Part shown: positions 27,135 through 41,894 of the stretch, in pieces
Layout: each line of letters opens with the position of its first letter
Numbering within the stretch: position 1 is the first letter of the stretch
Assembly (NCBI GenBank): GCA_951406725.2
Contig: OX597818.1
Span: 104,904,001-104,968,000 of the forward strand
DNA: 64,000 nt
Source of the DNA: Octopus vulgaris
Lineage: Eukaryota
Reading direction: 5' to 3'
Notes under the pieces: generated by a model
Told to the model about the DNA's origin: nothing
Database searches by the model: none
What the model saw: only the letters and a program-made list of their open reading frames with translations
Position numbers and translations under genes: made by a program

Positions 27135-27690
27135 GTGTTTTTACTCTTTATCTTATTAAACTTTTAATACTTTTTGATAGTTTATAAAAAAATAAATAAA
27201 TAAATAAATAAATATAAAAATATAAAAATTTTAAAAATATAAAAATATTTTAAAAATGAATAAATAAAAATTAAAAAATTAAAAATTAAAAAAATTAAAA
27301 ATTAAAAATATAAATAAATATAAAAAATAAATAATTAAATAAAATGATAATAAATATATATATATTTATAATTTATAAGTTTAAATTATTAATTTAAATA
27401 ATTTTTTTAAATTTTAACTTTAATTTAAATATTTTAATTGGATTTTTATATTTTATATTTTTTATATATTTTTTAATTAATTTTATTTCTATGTATTGGC
27501 TTATGATTTTCACTGATTGATTTGCCTAGTAGTGGTTTTATCTCTAATATTTAAATATTTTAATTGGATTTTTATATTTTATATTTTATATTTTTTATAT
27601 ATTTTTTAATTAATTTTATTTCTATGTATTGGCTTATGATTTTCACTGATTGATTTGCCTAATAGTGATTTTATCTCTAATTTAATATAA
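27135..27690 (+). mobile_element. AT-rich 3' end of a (TA)n-associated element with an internal ~130-bp tandem duplication
   Basis: atgtattggctta...tgatttgccta.tagtg.ttttatctctaat occurs twice here; homologous to 54805-54940 (+) and ~60545-60610 (-). Confidence 0.7.
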
Positions 27691-27837
27691 TATATATATA
27701 GTAAGAAAAGGGAGGAGGAGAATTCCGATTATCCCCACGTTGTGAGTTGTAATGCAAAATATATATATATAAAATAAAAGAAGGAAAATGCACATAGTTT
27801 TAATTTATTTTTTATATATCTTATAAGTGAGAAAGTA

Positions 27838-28865
27838 TTGTGTTTGTCGACCGGTTTCGCATTCGCTAACCACGACATTGAAATTATTGGAATTTCGTTT
27901 GTTCTTAAGAAGATTTTGGTCCATGTTCTTGGAAGGAAATTTGTGAATGAATCAACAAGAAGAAAAATCTAAGATGAGGTAATTTATGATCGTTATTATT
28001 CAGGACAGGGGAGGTAATTGTTCTTTGGGGGGGATAAATAAGTATACAAAAACTTAAAAGCTAAAGCAGTGACATGAAATAAGTACAGTGATGCGTATGT
28101 AATCATGAATTACAATATATACTGAGACTAAAGTTGGTGATGCGTTCATATCTAGGCGTGTTCTGTATTTTTCAATAAATAATTTTTCTTTTATTTAAAT
28201 AAAGACCATATATATATTTAAATAAAATATAGAAAATATGTATATTCGTGAAGACGCATGGTTTAGTGGTTAGCCTGTTACACTCAGCATTGCGAGATCG
28301 TGAGTTCGATGCCTAATCTGTTGCTCTACGATTATTTCGTCAGGTGACACGTTGTGCACCCGTACAGGTAATGTCGATTTGTTGGAGGGAGGGAGCTTAT
28401 GTTAACAGAAACATTTGATCGCAATAAACAAATCCTCTGTGTGGCTGGTCAGCAAGGAATTACAGAATCCTCATACATCGTCTAACGATGGGAGAATCTA
28501 TGATAGTTGTGTGTTTGGGGGCGAGATTAAATATGGTTCGCAGTGACGGAAAGTATACAAACTAAGACCACTGCAAATAATTTTGCAAATAATTTCAGAT
28601 CTGAAATTTATATATTTATTGTGTTTGTCGACCGGTTTCGCTTTCGCTAACCACGACATTGAAATTATTGTAATTTCGTTTGTTCTTGAGAAGATTTTAG
28701 TTCATGTTCTTGGAAGGAAGTTTGTAAATGAATCAACAAGTAGAAAAATCTAAGGTGAGGTAATTTCTGATCGTTATTATTTGGGACAGGGGTGGTAATT
28801 GTTTTTTTTTGCTGGGGAATAAATAAATATACAAAATCTCAAAAGCTAAAGCAGTGACATGAAAT
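27838..28865 (-). repeat. Two ~245-bp direct repeats (27838-28080, 28618-28865), each with a hammerhead-like motif
   Basis: rc tgtc-GTGGTTA-GC-gaa(t/a)-GC-GAAA-CCGG-TC-gaca at 27845-27877 and 28626-28658. Confidence 0.75.
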
Positions 28866-29363
28866 TTATATATGATCTGAAATTTATATATTTAGAGTTT
28901 CCTTGTATGGCTTCCTGTGGGAGCAACATTTGCCCGTATAAATACCTAGCGTTGTGCCTTAAGTGTCAGCTAATTATAGGTTAATGCTAGCTATAATGAT
29001 ATTTAAATGCAATTCCTTGAAAATTCTTCTCAAGTCTTCTTTACATCTATCATAGATGTGGGCTTTCTTATTATATGATATTGCCATTTCTGACAATCGC
29101 AGATCAGATCTGAGTGCTTTCCTTTACATCAATACAAATAATTAGATAACCGACCTCAGGCAGTGAGAATCGGCCTTACGGGTGTCATTTTGAAACATCT
29201 CTTTCATCTCATCCACAATAGCTTCGTCGAACGCGGTGGGGGGGTGAAGAGTAACAATGTGAATCATCTCTTGATTCCTAACATAATTGTGTGTGCGCGT
29301 ACGTGTGAGCGCGTGCGTGTGGGCGCGTGCGTGTGGGCACGTGTATACGTATATTCATATCTG

Positions 29364-29380
29364 TAGATAGATAGACAGAC

Positions 29381-29468
<88 letters not shown>

Positions 29469-29539
29469 GGATGGATGGATGGATGGTGGATGGATTGGTG
29501 GATGAATGCATAGATAGATAGATAGATAGACAGAGAGAC

Positions 29540-29618
<79 letters not shown>

Positions 29619-29651
29619 CAGGCGGACGGACGGACGGACAGACAGACAGAC

Positions 29652-29735
<84 letters not shown>
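29364..29735. repeat. (GATA)n/(GACA)n/(GATG)n tetranucleotide tract
   Basis: Read directly from the sequence. Confidence 0.95.
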
Positions 29736-30700
<965 letters not shown>

Positions 30701-31620
30701 AGATATAAGAATACCTATGTATGAATGAATGAATGAATGAATGAATGAACGAATGAATGAATGAATGGATGGATGAATAGATGTGTCGGTTCACTAGTGA
30801 TGAAGAAAGAAGACGTCCAGACAAGCGGAAAACCATCAGACGAAAAGACAATCAGAGGGGAAAATAAATGTAAAGACGCAAACGAAGAGACAGACACGTT
30901 AAGTCCAGTCTGCAATAGACACCGAAACATATCTATTACGCTTCACTCAATTTCCATTCTGTAACTAACTAATTAAATGTCCAGCAAGTAACTTCTCAAT
31001 TTAAAGCGCCAAAGGCGAGGGTGTATACTTCAGGTTAGGTAATTCACACCGGACTATCACTGAATAGACAAATTCATGGTGGCTTGACAAAAGAAACTTG
31101 GTTTAACTAATCGCTTTCTTTTTACAAATGCTCTTAGATATATCTTCCCGGCGTCAGGCCAATAGTGTGTGTTGTGAAAATACCGACCATTTCCTAGAAT
31201 GAATATTAATGACCTTATTAAGATACGCCATGTCAGGCGCTGGTTACCTTTAGTCTAATCGAAGAACTAAGTATAAAAATTTACACAAAACTGGTGAAGA
31301 GATAAGCGTTCGCCGAAACAAGTGAAATAAAGTAAAACTTTTATTTTGCTGCCGCACGTTTGTGTAGTTATGTCGTTGACAGCATACACGGTTCCCTTAG
31401 AGTGCTTCTATATATGTATACACACTCACACACACACACACATATATCTATATATATATATATATATGTATGTATATAATATGTATATAATATGTATGTA
31501 TGTATATGTATATATGAATATATAGATGTAACTTTGTTTATGCATATATATGTATGTAGGTATGTAAATACATACATATGTGGATGTATTTATATATAAT
31601 ATATATGTGTGTGTACATAC

Positions 31621-31677
<57 letters not shown>

Positions 31678-31784
31678 AATATGTATATATATGTATCTAT
31701 CTATATGTATATATTTATATATATATCTTTTTATATATACATATGTCTTTATGTACACAAACATATATACGTACATACATACGG

Positions 31785-31867
<83 letters not shown>

Positions 31868-32192
31868 CCATCATGCAGATATTAGTATACAAAGGCATTA
31901 ACCCACGCACATCACCTTATACATATTTACTTACGTCTATATGAAAAGACATGAGCGTATATAGGTTTATATATGAGTATGTGTTTAGGTTTGTTAGTGT
32001 TTATAAGTTTGTATTTTTGGTTATTTTTTTGAATTTATCACCAACAAAGAACCACGTACAGGATTCTTTCATTGAAATTTAAACATCAACTTGGTAGTCA
32101 TGTGTGTATATACGTATGTATGTACGTACACACGTACGTATATACGAATGTATGTATGTCGTTCCTTAGGTTTATTTCAAGAGTTCTTGCCA

Positions 32193-32780
32193 ATGAAGGC
32201 GGCGAGCTGACAGAAGCGTTAGCACGCCGGACGAAGTGCTTAGCGGTATTTCGTCTGTCGTTACGTTGTGAGTTCAAATTCTGCCGAGGTCGACTTTGCC
32301 GTTCATTCTTTCGGGTCGATAAATTAAGTACCAGTTACGCACTGGGGTCGATATAATCGACTTAATCCGTTTGTCTGTCCTTGTTTGTCCACTCTGTGTG
32401 TAGCCCCTTGTGGACAGTAAAGAAATAGGTATTTCGTCTGCCGTTGCGTTCAGAGTCCAAACTCCGCCGAGGTCGAATTTGCCTTTCATCCTTTCAGGGT
32501 CGATAAATTAAGTACAGAATCCCTTTGTCTGTCCTTGTTTGTCCCCTCTATGTATAGCCCCTTGTGGGCAATAAAGAAATAAGAAACGTTAGTACGCCGG
32601 TTGAAACGCTTAGCAGTATTTCGTCTGTCTTTACGTTCTGAGTTCAAATTCTGCCGAAGTCGACTTTGCCTTTCATCTTTTCGGAGTCGATAAATTAAGT
32701 ACCAGTTACGCACTGGGGTCCATCTAATCGACTGGAACCCTCCCCCAAAATTTAGAGCCTTATGCCTTGAGTAGAAGAGA
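32193..32780 (+). mobile_element. Concatemeric SINE array (3 cores)
   Basis: Same units and junctions as 672-1474, in the opposite orientation. Confidence 0.85.
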
Positions 32781-33902
32781 TTTCTGGCCAATGGAGAAAG
32801 AGCAGGTTTCTAACCTAGATCCAAAGCTCCTTCAACATCAAGTTTTGTATATATGTTTGTATGTATGTATGTATGTATGTATGTATGTATGTATATATAT
32901 GTGTGTGTATGTATGTATATGTGCAGATTTGTATGTTTAGTTTTAGGTATGTATTCTCATGCATATAGTTGCATATCTAGACATGCTCATATATATATTT
33001 AAATGATAAATTTCTGGAAAGTTTAATATGTATGTATGTATGAATGGATGGATGGATGGATGTGTATATGTAGATATGTATGACTGCATGTATAAACGTA
33101 TGTATGAATGTAAGTATGTATGGACGTATGTGTGTATGTATATAGATACGTATAAATGTGTGTATTTTTCTGTATTCATTCATTACGTACGTATGTATAA
33201 CTGTATATATATATATGCATGTATGTACGTAAAATATACGCATGTACTCTATGTACGTATGTGTGTATGTATACCCGTATATATGCATATATGCATGTAT
33301 ATATGCACTATGCATGCATACATGCATGTATGTGGGAGCGCATCTAAGTATGAATGTAGATATATATATATTTACGCATGTACTTATCTATGTATGTGCG
33401 TCTGTAAGCATCTATGTATGCATATATATTATGTATGTATGTATGCATGCATAAGTTTGTATGCATATGTATGTATGCATGCATAAGTATGTATGCATAT
33501 GTATGTATGTGTGCATATGTATGTGTGCATATGTATGTATGTATGTATGTATATATGTATGTACGTATGGTTCTGTGTATGTGTTATCATGGTTGAATGA
33601 TTAAGAGATTTGCTTTGCATTCATGATGTACCAGGTTCGGTCCCTCTCGGCGGCATTTTAAGCAAATTTCGTTAACCTTAGCTTTGCATCATTCCTAGCG
33701 TTATGGGTGAAATTGAATTGATGAAAACTGTGCGGAACCTCGTAGCAATGGATTGAACCTGTAATTCAATGGTCCAACCTTGTTACACCGTGTGTCGCGC
33801 TGATTCTACTAGATATTTACGTTAATAAGACACGTGTCTGTGGAGTACTCAATCACTTATTTTCTAACTGAACGAGTTTATAGTTCAATGTGTCTAATGA
33901 CT

Positions 33903-34270
33903 AAGGCGGCGAGCTGGCAGAAACGTTAGCATTCCACTTAGTGGTATTTCGTCTGTCTTTACGTTCTAAGTTCAAATTCCACTGAGGTCGACTTTGCTTT
34001 TCATCCTTTTGGTGTGGATAAATTAAGTACCAGTTGCGTGCTGGGTTCCATCTAATCGACTGTTCCCTTCCCCCAAAATTTCGGGCCTTGTGCCTAGTGT
34101 AGAAAAGAATATGTCTAACGACTAAGGCGGTGAGCTGACAGAAACGTTAGCACTCCGCTTAGCGGTATTTCGTCTGTTTTTACGTTCTGAGTTCAAATTC
34201 CGCCGAGGTTGACTTTGCCTTTCATCCTTTCAGGGTCGATAAATTAAGTGCCAGTTGCGTACTGGGGTCT
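33903..34270 (+). mobile_element. Two tandem SINE copies
   Basis: tgtctaa.gactaaggcgg.gagctg.cagaaacgttagc at ~33892 and ~34112. Confidence 0.8.
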
Positions 34271-34759
34271 ACTAAATACTCCTCGTCGAAATTAAATGTG
34301 GCTCAGCGCTTATTTAAGTAGGCTTGAGGGTACATACACAGTAATGAATGCATATATATGTGTGTACGTAAGTATTTATAAATGTGGGCCGCATATACAG
34401 CAGACACAGGTTTTCTAAGTACAACACAAATGTGTTACAGTTTCCTTGGCTTGACATCGCATGATTGCAGTTAGCGAGTGTCACCATCATGCAAGCCCTT
34501 CGTTTCAAATCTTCTGAGATATGTCTGGTCGTTGGGAAATATTACCTTCCTTCGAAACAGATGAGGGTCGGTGACATGAAGGAAATCAGGCTATAGAAAA
34601 TCCGCCTCAACAAATTCCTTCTTACCTATACAAGCTTGGAAAAGTGGACGCTACAACAAGAAGGAGGACGAGGAGGAGAACGAAGAGGAGGACGAGGATA
34701 AACTCTGCTCCTAATACAGCAACAAAAATACCTTTGCCTGTATATTTATGTATTTATGG

Positions 34760-35930
34760 ACAGATACGCTGTCTCCAGTCTGTATAAACATTAATCATCG
34801 CGTGACTCGTTTGCCAGATCCACTCAGTCTTTAAAGATTATTCATCTTCGTCACTCACACTGCATTCACTCATCTTTCGGAAAACATACTGGAAGAAGTA
34901 TTTCCTGTCCGTCCTCAGTTCCTCTTCAAATGGTACTTGTAGAAGTTGATGAGGGCTCCACGAGAAATATAATCCTTTCTACCACGTCTTCCATACATCT
35001 TTTGCCATAACCAACAGGCAGACGAAAGGTAGTTGAACTTTCTCGTAATAGGGAGGTGGCAGATTGATCTACACGATAAATCTAACTTATAATAGGGTCT
35101 TTCCTACATGTGTTAGCAGCTATTCGAAGCAAGCCCTCGAGTTGGCAATGCACAGAAAGTAAATGAGTGCGCAGAACCATTTCATCGCTCTGCACGCATC
35201 TCGGACAGGCTCCGTTGCTGGCGCTTCCAAGTTTTTACCAGTCTTGACTACGAATTTCCCCTTACAGCAATACCGGGTTAAGGAATTTGGGAAATTCTTT
35301 GCCTGAAGGTTTTCCAGAAGTGAATGAGTGGCCACGATAATGACTCCCGTTCTGAAAACATACAGAAGTGAAGAGAAGTATATCCTTCGTGAATCGAATA
35401 CGCAAGGAAATGCAATTCGAGAGATGACCATTTTGTTTAGCCACTGAGTAAATGCTACAGTTTGATATAGCGATTCAGTCTCTGAAGACACGACTGAAAT
35501 CAATTAATCATAGGAGATCGATACATAGTGATGGTCGACTGTTTTAAGCTTTAGTCTGGTCCAAATTGATCAATATCCTATCCAAGCCTGACCTATTCCT
35601 GTACCACGCTCTAATGAATTTCAAATAGATGGAAATAGTTATGGATAGATCTATCGAGGATTTCACAAATGTTCACATCTCTGACGACAAACGCCAACCT
35701 CTTAACGAGCGTCTTTGCAAAAGACTTTAACCCTCGGTTTACCAGAGCTATGGACGCGAAGGTCTTTGTTTCTTTTCTATTGTTTAAGATCCTTTCTCAG
35801 CAATATCGCTACTCAACAGCTCGCCCAAAAGGGAATGCTTCCAGTTTTCTTGTATGACAGAAAATCCTGTGACGACGAGTTGTCATTCGCAGTGGCTCAA
35901 AACACCTACCACTTCGTCACTTAAAATCGG
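34760..35930 (-). pseudogene. Degraded L1/Tx1-like LINE ORF2 (RT + C-terminal CCHC), internally deleted
   Basis: rc FASIALVNRGLKSFAKTLVKRLA (RT motif 2), ILINLDQTKA..VDHHY (RT motif 3), GACPRCVQSDEMVL (zf-RVT-like). Confidence 0.75.
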
Positions 35931-37734
35931 TTTTTCTCAGGCTCACTACATCTTTAGTCAATAGTCACTGAAGTCCACTGTCTCCAGTCTGTCGTTCCTT
36001 TCAAAACGTTCGGCAATAGGATATTGCAAATACTTGTAATCTGATAGAATGCAAACGTTGTAGTTCGTTACAAGAATTGTGGTTTTAGTGCCACGCCGCA
36101 ATTCTATCATTCAGATCCGTCAAACTTTCGTGCACTCGCGTTTCAGTGCATGCACCCTAGAACAATAAATACATCTTTCGTGTTCCAAGCCGAAGACATG
36201 GCCGATAATTATTTTGTTGCTAGCATGTAACTTGTGATACCTCTTCCTGAGCATCTTCTAATCGGTTAAGCAGAGAAACCATCCTCAAAAGAAAAACTGT
36301 ACATCAGTAACGTGTGACAGTTTCTCCACATACTTGACAAGAAAATTATATAAGTCCCTAGAGAGAAACAACAGGAAAGGTTTGGAATTTACGGAGAAAA
36401 TTGAGAAAATCACATGATGATCAAGGCAAATAATAATAATAATAATTCTTTCTACAATAAGCACAAGGCTAAAATTGTAGGGGGTCGATTACATGAACCC
36501 ATTGCGAAACAGCTACTCATTTCATCGACCTCGAAAGAATGAAAAGCAAAGTCGACCTCAGAACGTTGAGTGAGAAGAAATACCGCCATTTTTCTGACAG
36601 CCAAACGCTTCTCCCAACTCGCTTCTTTAATAATAGCAATAATAATAGTATAATAGCAATAATAATAGTATTGATAGCGATAATAATATTATTCTTACAA
36701 ATAACAAAACAATAACTATGTAAATATTCTAGTCATTATCAGTTAGCGCCACCATATTTTTAGTGACAGAAAATCTGGCCTCTGCCACTGGAAATCTGCA
36801 ATATTCCATTGCAATTGTGAAAGAAGTCGATAGTTTTGTATCAACAGTTTGCTAAAGTACTTACAAGCTGAAATAACTCCCATAAACTATAGCCATACGT
36901 TTAAGAGACGCTCTTTTAAACACCAACATCGATTAAGGCTCGTTATTAGCAATGTACAAAAAGAAATAATAAATCTTATTATCATACCCAATTCTATTAC
37001 CCAGTGAAACAATTTCCAATTTGCCTGTATACTCACAACAAAAGACAATGTGGGATTAAATAAACATTATATCGTTACAAAAGACAGACAGTATCAACAT
37101 AGAAAAGTGACTAAGAAAAGAAAATTAAAATATAACATATTTTACGCTTCGAGCGGTGGCCATCTTAAGAGTCTTCTCAGCATAATCAAATAGGGTTGTC
37201 TATGTTTGTGCTTGCTAGTTTATTTAATTTTCAAAGTCTGTTATTGTGGTTGTTGCTACTGCTGCTGCTGCTGTTGTTGTTTCTCTTTTCATACCTGAAA
37301 TTTTGGGGGGAAGGGGTGTTATTTTTCTTTCCGCTGTTGCTACTACCATAGTGGCATATACCTCTCCCTATTCCTATTGATATACTTTTTATAATGCAAA
37401 TAGAGACACAAATGAGCGCATGTTCGAACTCTACAGAGTCAAAGAAAACAGCTAAGCCAAGGCTTTTTCATGTAGACAAAAATGGGGTGGAAGTTGAATA
37501 TTCCAAAATTCCCTCATCTCAAAAGTCCAGAATGAAAATTGTAAAACTAAAGCGTTTTTCATCAGTTAATCCATGAAGAAAAAAACATTCTAACAAAATT
37601 TGTAAACGCATGCGTCCATGGAGAACAAGAGCAATAATAATTGGTTTTGACTTCAAGCACAACGCCAGCAATTTTAAGGGAAGGGAGTTAGTCGAAAGCA
37701 GCAACTCACTCTTACCCAGGAAGTAAGAGTGAGA

Positions 37735-37930
37735 GAAAGCAGGTCAACCCCCGACACCGAGAGCATCGACGGATGGATGAATGCGCATACAGGCTCAGCG
37801 GTTGCGTAGGAAGTCGGGGACAAGAAACATGAAGAAAGAGTGAGAGAAAGGTGGGGCGAAAGAGTACAACAGGGGTCGCCACCACCCGCTGCCGGAGCCT
37901 CGTGGAGCTTTAGGTGCTTTTGCTCAATAT
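37735..37930 (-). mobile_element. SINE fragment (18041 family)
   Basis: Reverse complement of 18130-18325. Confidence 0.8.
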
Positions 37931-38420
37931 GTCAATGGTGCTCATGTCCTACGACGGAACTGACCACGCAACCATGCTTTGTAAAGACTTGCCAAACGCA
38001 GGCATAAATACACTTCTGTCTACGCGATCGAATAGACAAATAAATAATAGCGAGACAGACACCGAGAATAAATTACACGAATGGATGTCATAAAAAACAC
38101 AGTGCTGACACAATAATTATATTGGCTAAAAATGTCGTTGTCTTCTGGTTGTTCTGTTTGTTTTAGTATTTGTATTCTTTTTTTTCTTTTTTATTATTTA
38201 TTTAATAAAAAAAAATATTTTTAAATGGCGTCATATTTTATTCTTTAGTTCTTTATTATTTATTAATGTTTCAACGTAATGTATGTAAAAACAATACTAG
38301 ACAGGGGTACGGGAAGAGGAGAAGACCATGCAAATACGAAAAAGAGCCGTTATGAAATATGAACATGTGTGTATATGTGTGTGTGCGTCAGTATGTGTGA
38401 GTGCGTGAGTATGTGTACGT

Positions 38421-38463
<43 letters not shown>

Positions 38464-38691
38464 TGTGTGTGTACTTTTTAATAGAGCTTATGTTAATCTG
38501 AATTAAAAGATGGTGGAGTATCAATTGTGATTTCAATTCTAGTTAAATAATGATTTCATTCCGCATGAAACCTTGGGTTCCAGAAATTTAACATACGTGC
38601 TATTAAAATTATCCCCCATCCCGGTCAAGAATACATGTCATTCCAGTGCGTCATTAATGTATGAACACGCGCACACATGCACACACACGCT

Positions 38692-38741
<50 letters not shown>

Positions 38742-38742
38742 C

Positions 38743-38795
<53 letters not shown>

Positions 38796-39027
38796 CACAG
38801 CTCATGAGCTGAAACTAAAAATCAAAAAAAAATCAAATCAAATCATATATATATATATATATATTTATATACACTTTCTTTTATTCTCTTACTTGTTTCA
38901 ATCACTTTACTGCGGCCATGCTAGCAGCTCCTTTAGTCGAACAAAACTCCCTATAGAAATAGGGTAAGCTTCAAACACTAGTCAAAAGCCAGGCAGCTGC
39001 GACATAAGCCACTTCTTCCTATTTGAA

Positions 39028-39066
39028 CTTTCTGAAAATCAGTGTAAACTGTGAAACCGGTTAAAG
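39028..39066 (+). ncRNA. Hammerhead-like motif (C3/A8 core)
   Basis: cttt-CTGAAAA-tCAGT-GTAA-ACTGt-GAAA-CCGG-TT-aaag; GNRA loop II. Confidence 0.7.
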
Positions 39067-39156
39067 CTTTCAAGCTTTCAATATAGCAATATAAAATATT
39101 CTAACTACTCTCAGTGAGTTGTCAACTTCTATTTTTCTTATATGTGTGTATGTGTT

Positions 39157-39189
<33 letters not shown>

Positions 39190-39409
39190 TCCCAAATTCT
39201 TCCCCTTCCTCTTCTCCTCCTCCTCCTTCTTTTTCTTCTTCTTCTTCCCTACCAAGAATTCACGAGGATCTCGAACCCACAAGAGTAAACAAGAGAGACA
39301 GAGACAGGCAGAAACAAGGAAAATGCCACTTGTATTTGAACATTATACAAATATTCTTTTTAAAAATGTTTCTTTTAATTTTTTTCTAAATTCAATTATT
39401 TAAATGTTA

Positions 39410-39445
39410 CAGTTGAAAAAGTCTCAATGACTGAAACCGGTACTG
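39410..39445 (+). ncRNA. Minimal hammerhead ribozyme, U3-A8 compensated core
   Basis: cag-TTGAAAA-AGTC-tcaat-GACT-GAAA-CCGG-TA-ctg; stems I and II pair, stem III is the minimal palindromic type. Confidence 0.75.
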
Positions 39446-39490
39446 AATTTTTTTTTTTATAAAATTATTTTATATTTTTCTATCTTGACT

Positions 39491-39535
<45 letters not shown>

Positions 39536-39541
39536 CATACA

Positions 39542-39577
<36 letters not shown>

Positions 39578-39582
39578 TATAC

Positions 39583-39634
<52 letters not shown>

Positions 39635-39635
39635 G

Positions 39636-39713
<78 letters not shown>

Positions 39714-39859
39714 AACTCAGCATTAGAAATTGCTTATAAAATTCTTAATATCACTGAAGTCATGACGAAATTATTTTTAAACAGACAACACTAATGGGGA
39801 TTTCTTATTTTCTTATTGTGTTATTGTGTTATTGTGTTAATCCTTATTTCTTATCTCTT

Positions 39860-40611
39860 ATTTTCCAGAAGGCTGGTCGTTTGACTCTTCAGGAGCTGCC
39901 TAAGATAGCAGTATGCTATGAAGTGTGCAATTCCATTGTTATGGTTCAGAGATGGTGGCGCGCATAGATAGGTAAGCATGCAACATTACGTTAGGGTATA
40001 ATAAAAAGTTGTCATGCAAAGCTGAGCAACACGGGCTCCGTGAACGATGCAAGAAGTGGCCGTCCAGCCACATCCTGATCAGAGGAGAACGTGGCAACAG
40101 TGCATGAAATGTTTAATCACAACCCGCTAAAATCATCACGTCAAGCAACTCGTGAAAGTGGACTAACAAGACACATAAAACGTATGGTGTTGCATAAAGA
40201 ATTGAATTTTCGTCTGTGGAAACCTCCATTACGTGCAGGAGCTAAAACCTGTGATCGCAGATGTCCAGAAGTCCAGAACTCCAAGAAATCCAGATCTCAT
40301 TTCATGTGATTTTTACCTGTGGAGTTACACAAAAGAGGAGGTGTACAAGAGAAAACCTCGCAAAATGGAAGACTTGGAGACACGGATTCAGGAGGTTCTC
40401 AATGTTATACCAAACGCCGTCCTTCAGAAGGTTGTTCATTCCGTTTGAGGGAACAGGTTGACGCCACCGGTGCTTACGTTGAAACACGAAGATTTACTTT
40501 CATTTTCCCATGTAATAAAGAACATGTATCATTTGTTTCAATAAATTTGTAAAAGGAATATGGATTTTATTACCAAATTTTAATGCCTAATTCCTTCTCA
40601 CTCACTCTGTA
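39860..40611 (+). pseudogene. Degraded Tc1/mariner-superfamily transposon (WPPRSPDL..CDF.LWG type)
   Basis: PRNPDLISCDFYLWSYTKEEVYKRKP; N-terminal SIVMVQRWWR and RSGRP; 3' end cactctgTA. Confidence 0.8.
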
Positions 40612-40989
40612 TGTGTCGGAAATAACGCAGTGCCAGGTGGTCGATTACATCGACTCTATACTTGATTGCTACCTTAACTGCAAAAGATCGAAAGGTAAAT
40701 TTAACTACGTCATAATTTGAACTCAGAACATAAACGCCGATAACTATATGCCATATGTTATTCTGCCAATCCAACGCTCTTACATGTGCTTGTGTATATA
40801 TATTTTGTTTGACAATTGAAAAATGTGAATCTTAAAGCTAAGGGAAATTCTTACAGTGCAGAGTGACCCTGTTTTTTTCTTCTCATCTATACTGAACATT
40901 TTACATTGAAGTGTTTCGTGATGTGTGTGTGGTGGGGTGGATCTGTGTGTGTGTGTGTGTGATTCGGTTTTATTTCAAGATTTCTTCCC

Positions 40990-41099
40990 AATAGAGAAAG
41001 AACCGGTTTCTTACCTCGATCCAAGGTTCCTTCATTGAAATTTCAATATCAACAGTACGGTATTTTGCATGCATGCATGTATGTATGTATGCATGTATG

Positions 41100-41133
<34 letters not shown>

Positions 41134-41745
41134 TGTATGTATGCATGTATGCATGCATGCATGCATGCATGTATGTATGTATGTATGTATGTATGTATGT
41201 ATGTATGTATGTATGTATGTATGTATGTATGTGTGCATATGTGAAGATTTATATGTTTTGTTTTATGTATGTATTCTAATGTATATAGTTGCATCTCTGG
41301 ATATGTTCATATATATTTAAATGATAAACTTCTGGGAAGTTTTACAGATTTTTACAGTTCCAATGATGGATTGGATCTGTAATCTTCGAATCATCTCTCT
41401 CCTTTCTGGTTTTAAGAAGCTTAATTTCTCAAGATTGGTATTTAGACCGTGCGTTACATATCCCAGGGTCCCAATAATTACAGGTATAAACCCGAACTTG
41501 AAATCTGGATAGAGTAACTGCAGATTTCTCAATAGTTCAGCATAGGTCTTCTCGTCTTTACTGATCTTCAGTTTAATGTTAACATCCGTTGGGCAGTTAA
41601 TTTCCGCAACTGCGCACAGTTTCCCTTCTGTATCCCGAATCATTATATCAAGTCTCTTGTGCTAACATTTCATTGAGGTTTTCACTGGGACATTCCACCA
41701 GTATTCCTTTTTATTGTGAGTGGTTATAGCTTCTACCATAATATA
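40990..41745 (-). mobile_element. 3' end of an R4/Dong-like RLE retrotransposon with (TACA)n in its 3' UTR
   Basis: ORF 41317-41643: (RLDIM)IRD...VAEINCPTDVN...TYAELLRNLQLLYP...IPVIIGTLG, a restriction-like endonuclease. Related pieces at 32795-33022 and 60000-60470. Confidence 0.8.
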
Positions 41746-41894
41746 GCTTCTGCTCATATATGCTCATCTTTTCATCTGATGATATGTTGCAGTAGAGTCG
41801 TGCGACTTCTTTGGGCTTGTATTTAATATTATCAGGCATGAAATGCTGCTCAAGGTGTTGCCTTCCATGTTTTATGATGTATGTATATGTATAT

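Noticed and set aside
39028-39445. Two hammerheads 380 nt apart as one retrozyme monomer
   Set aside because: Their flanks are not homologous and a (TA)n tract separates them; more likely two independent insertions.
40997-41045. rc GAAACCGGTT in the Dong-like 3' UTR as a hammerhead
   Set aside because: No CUGANGA-like core and no stem I.
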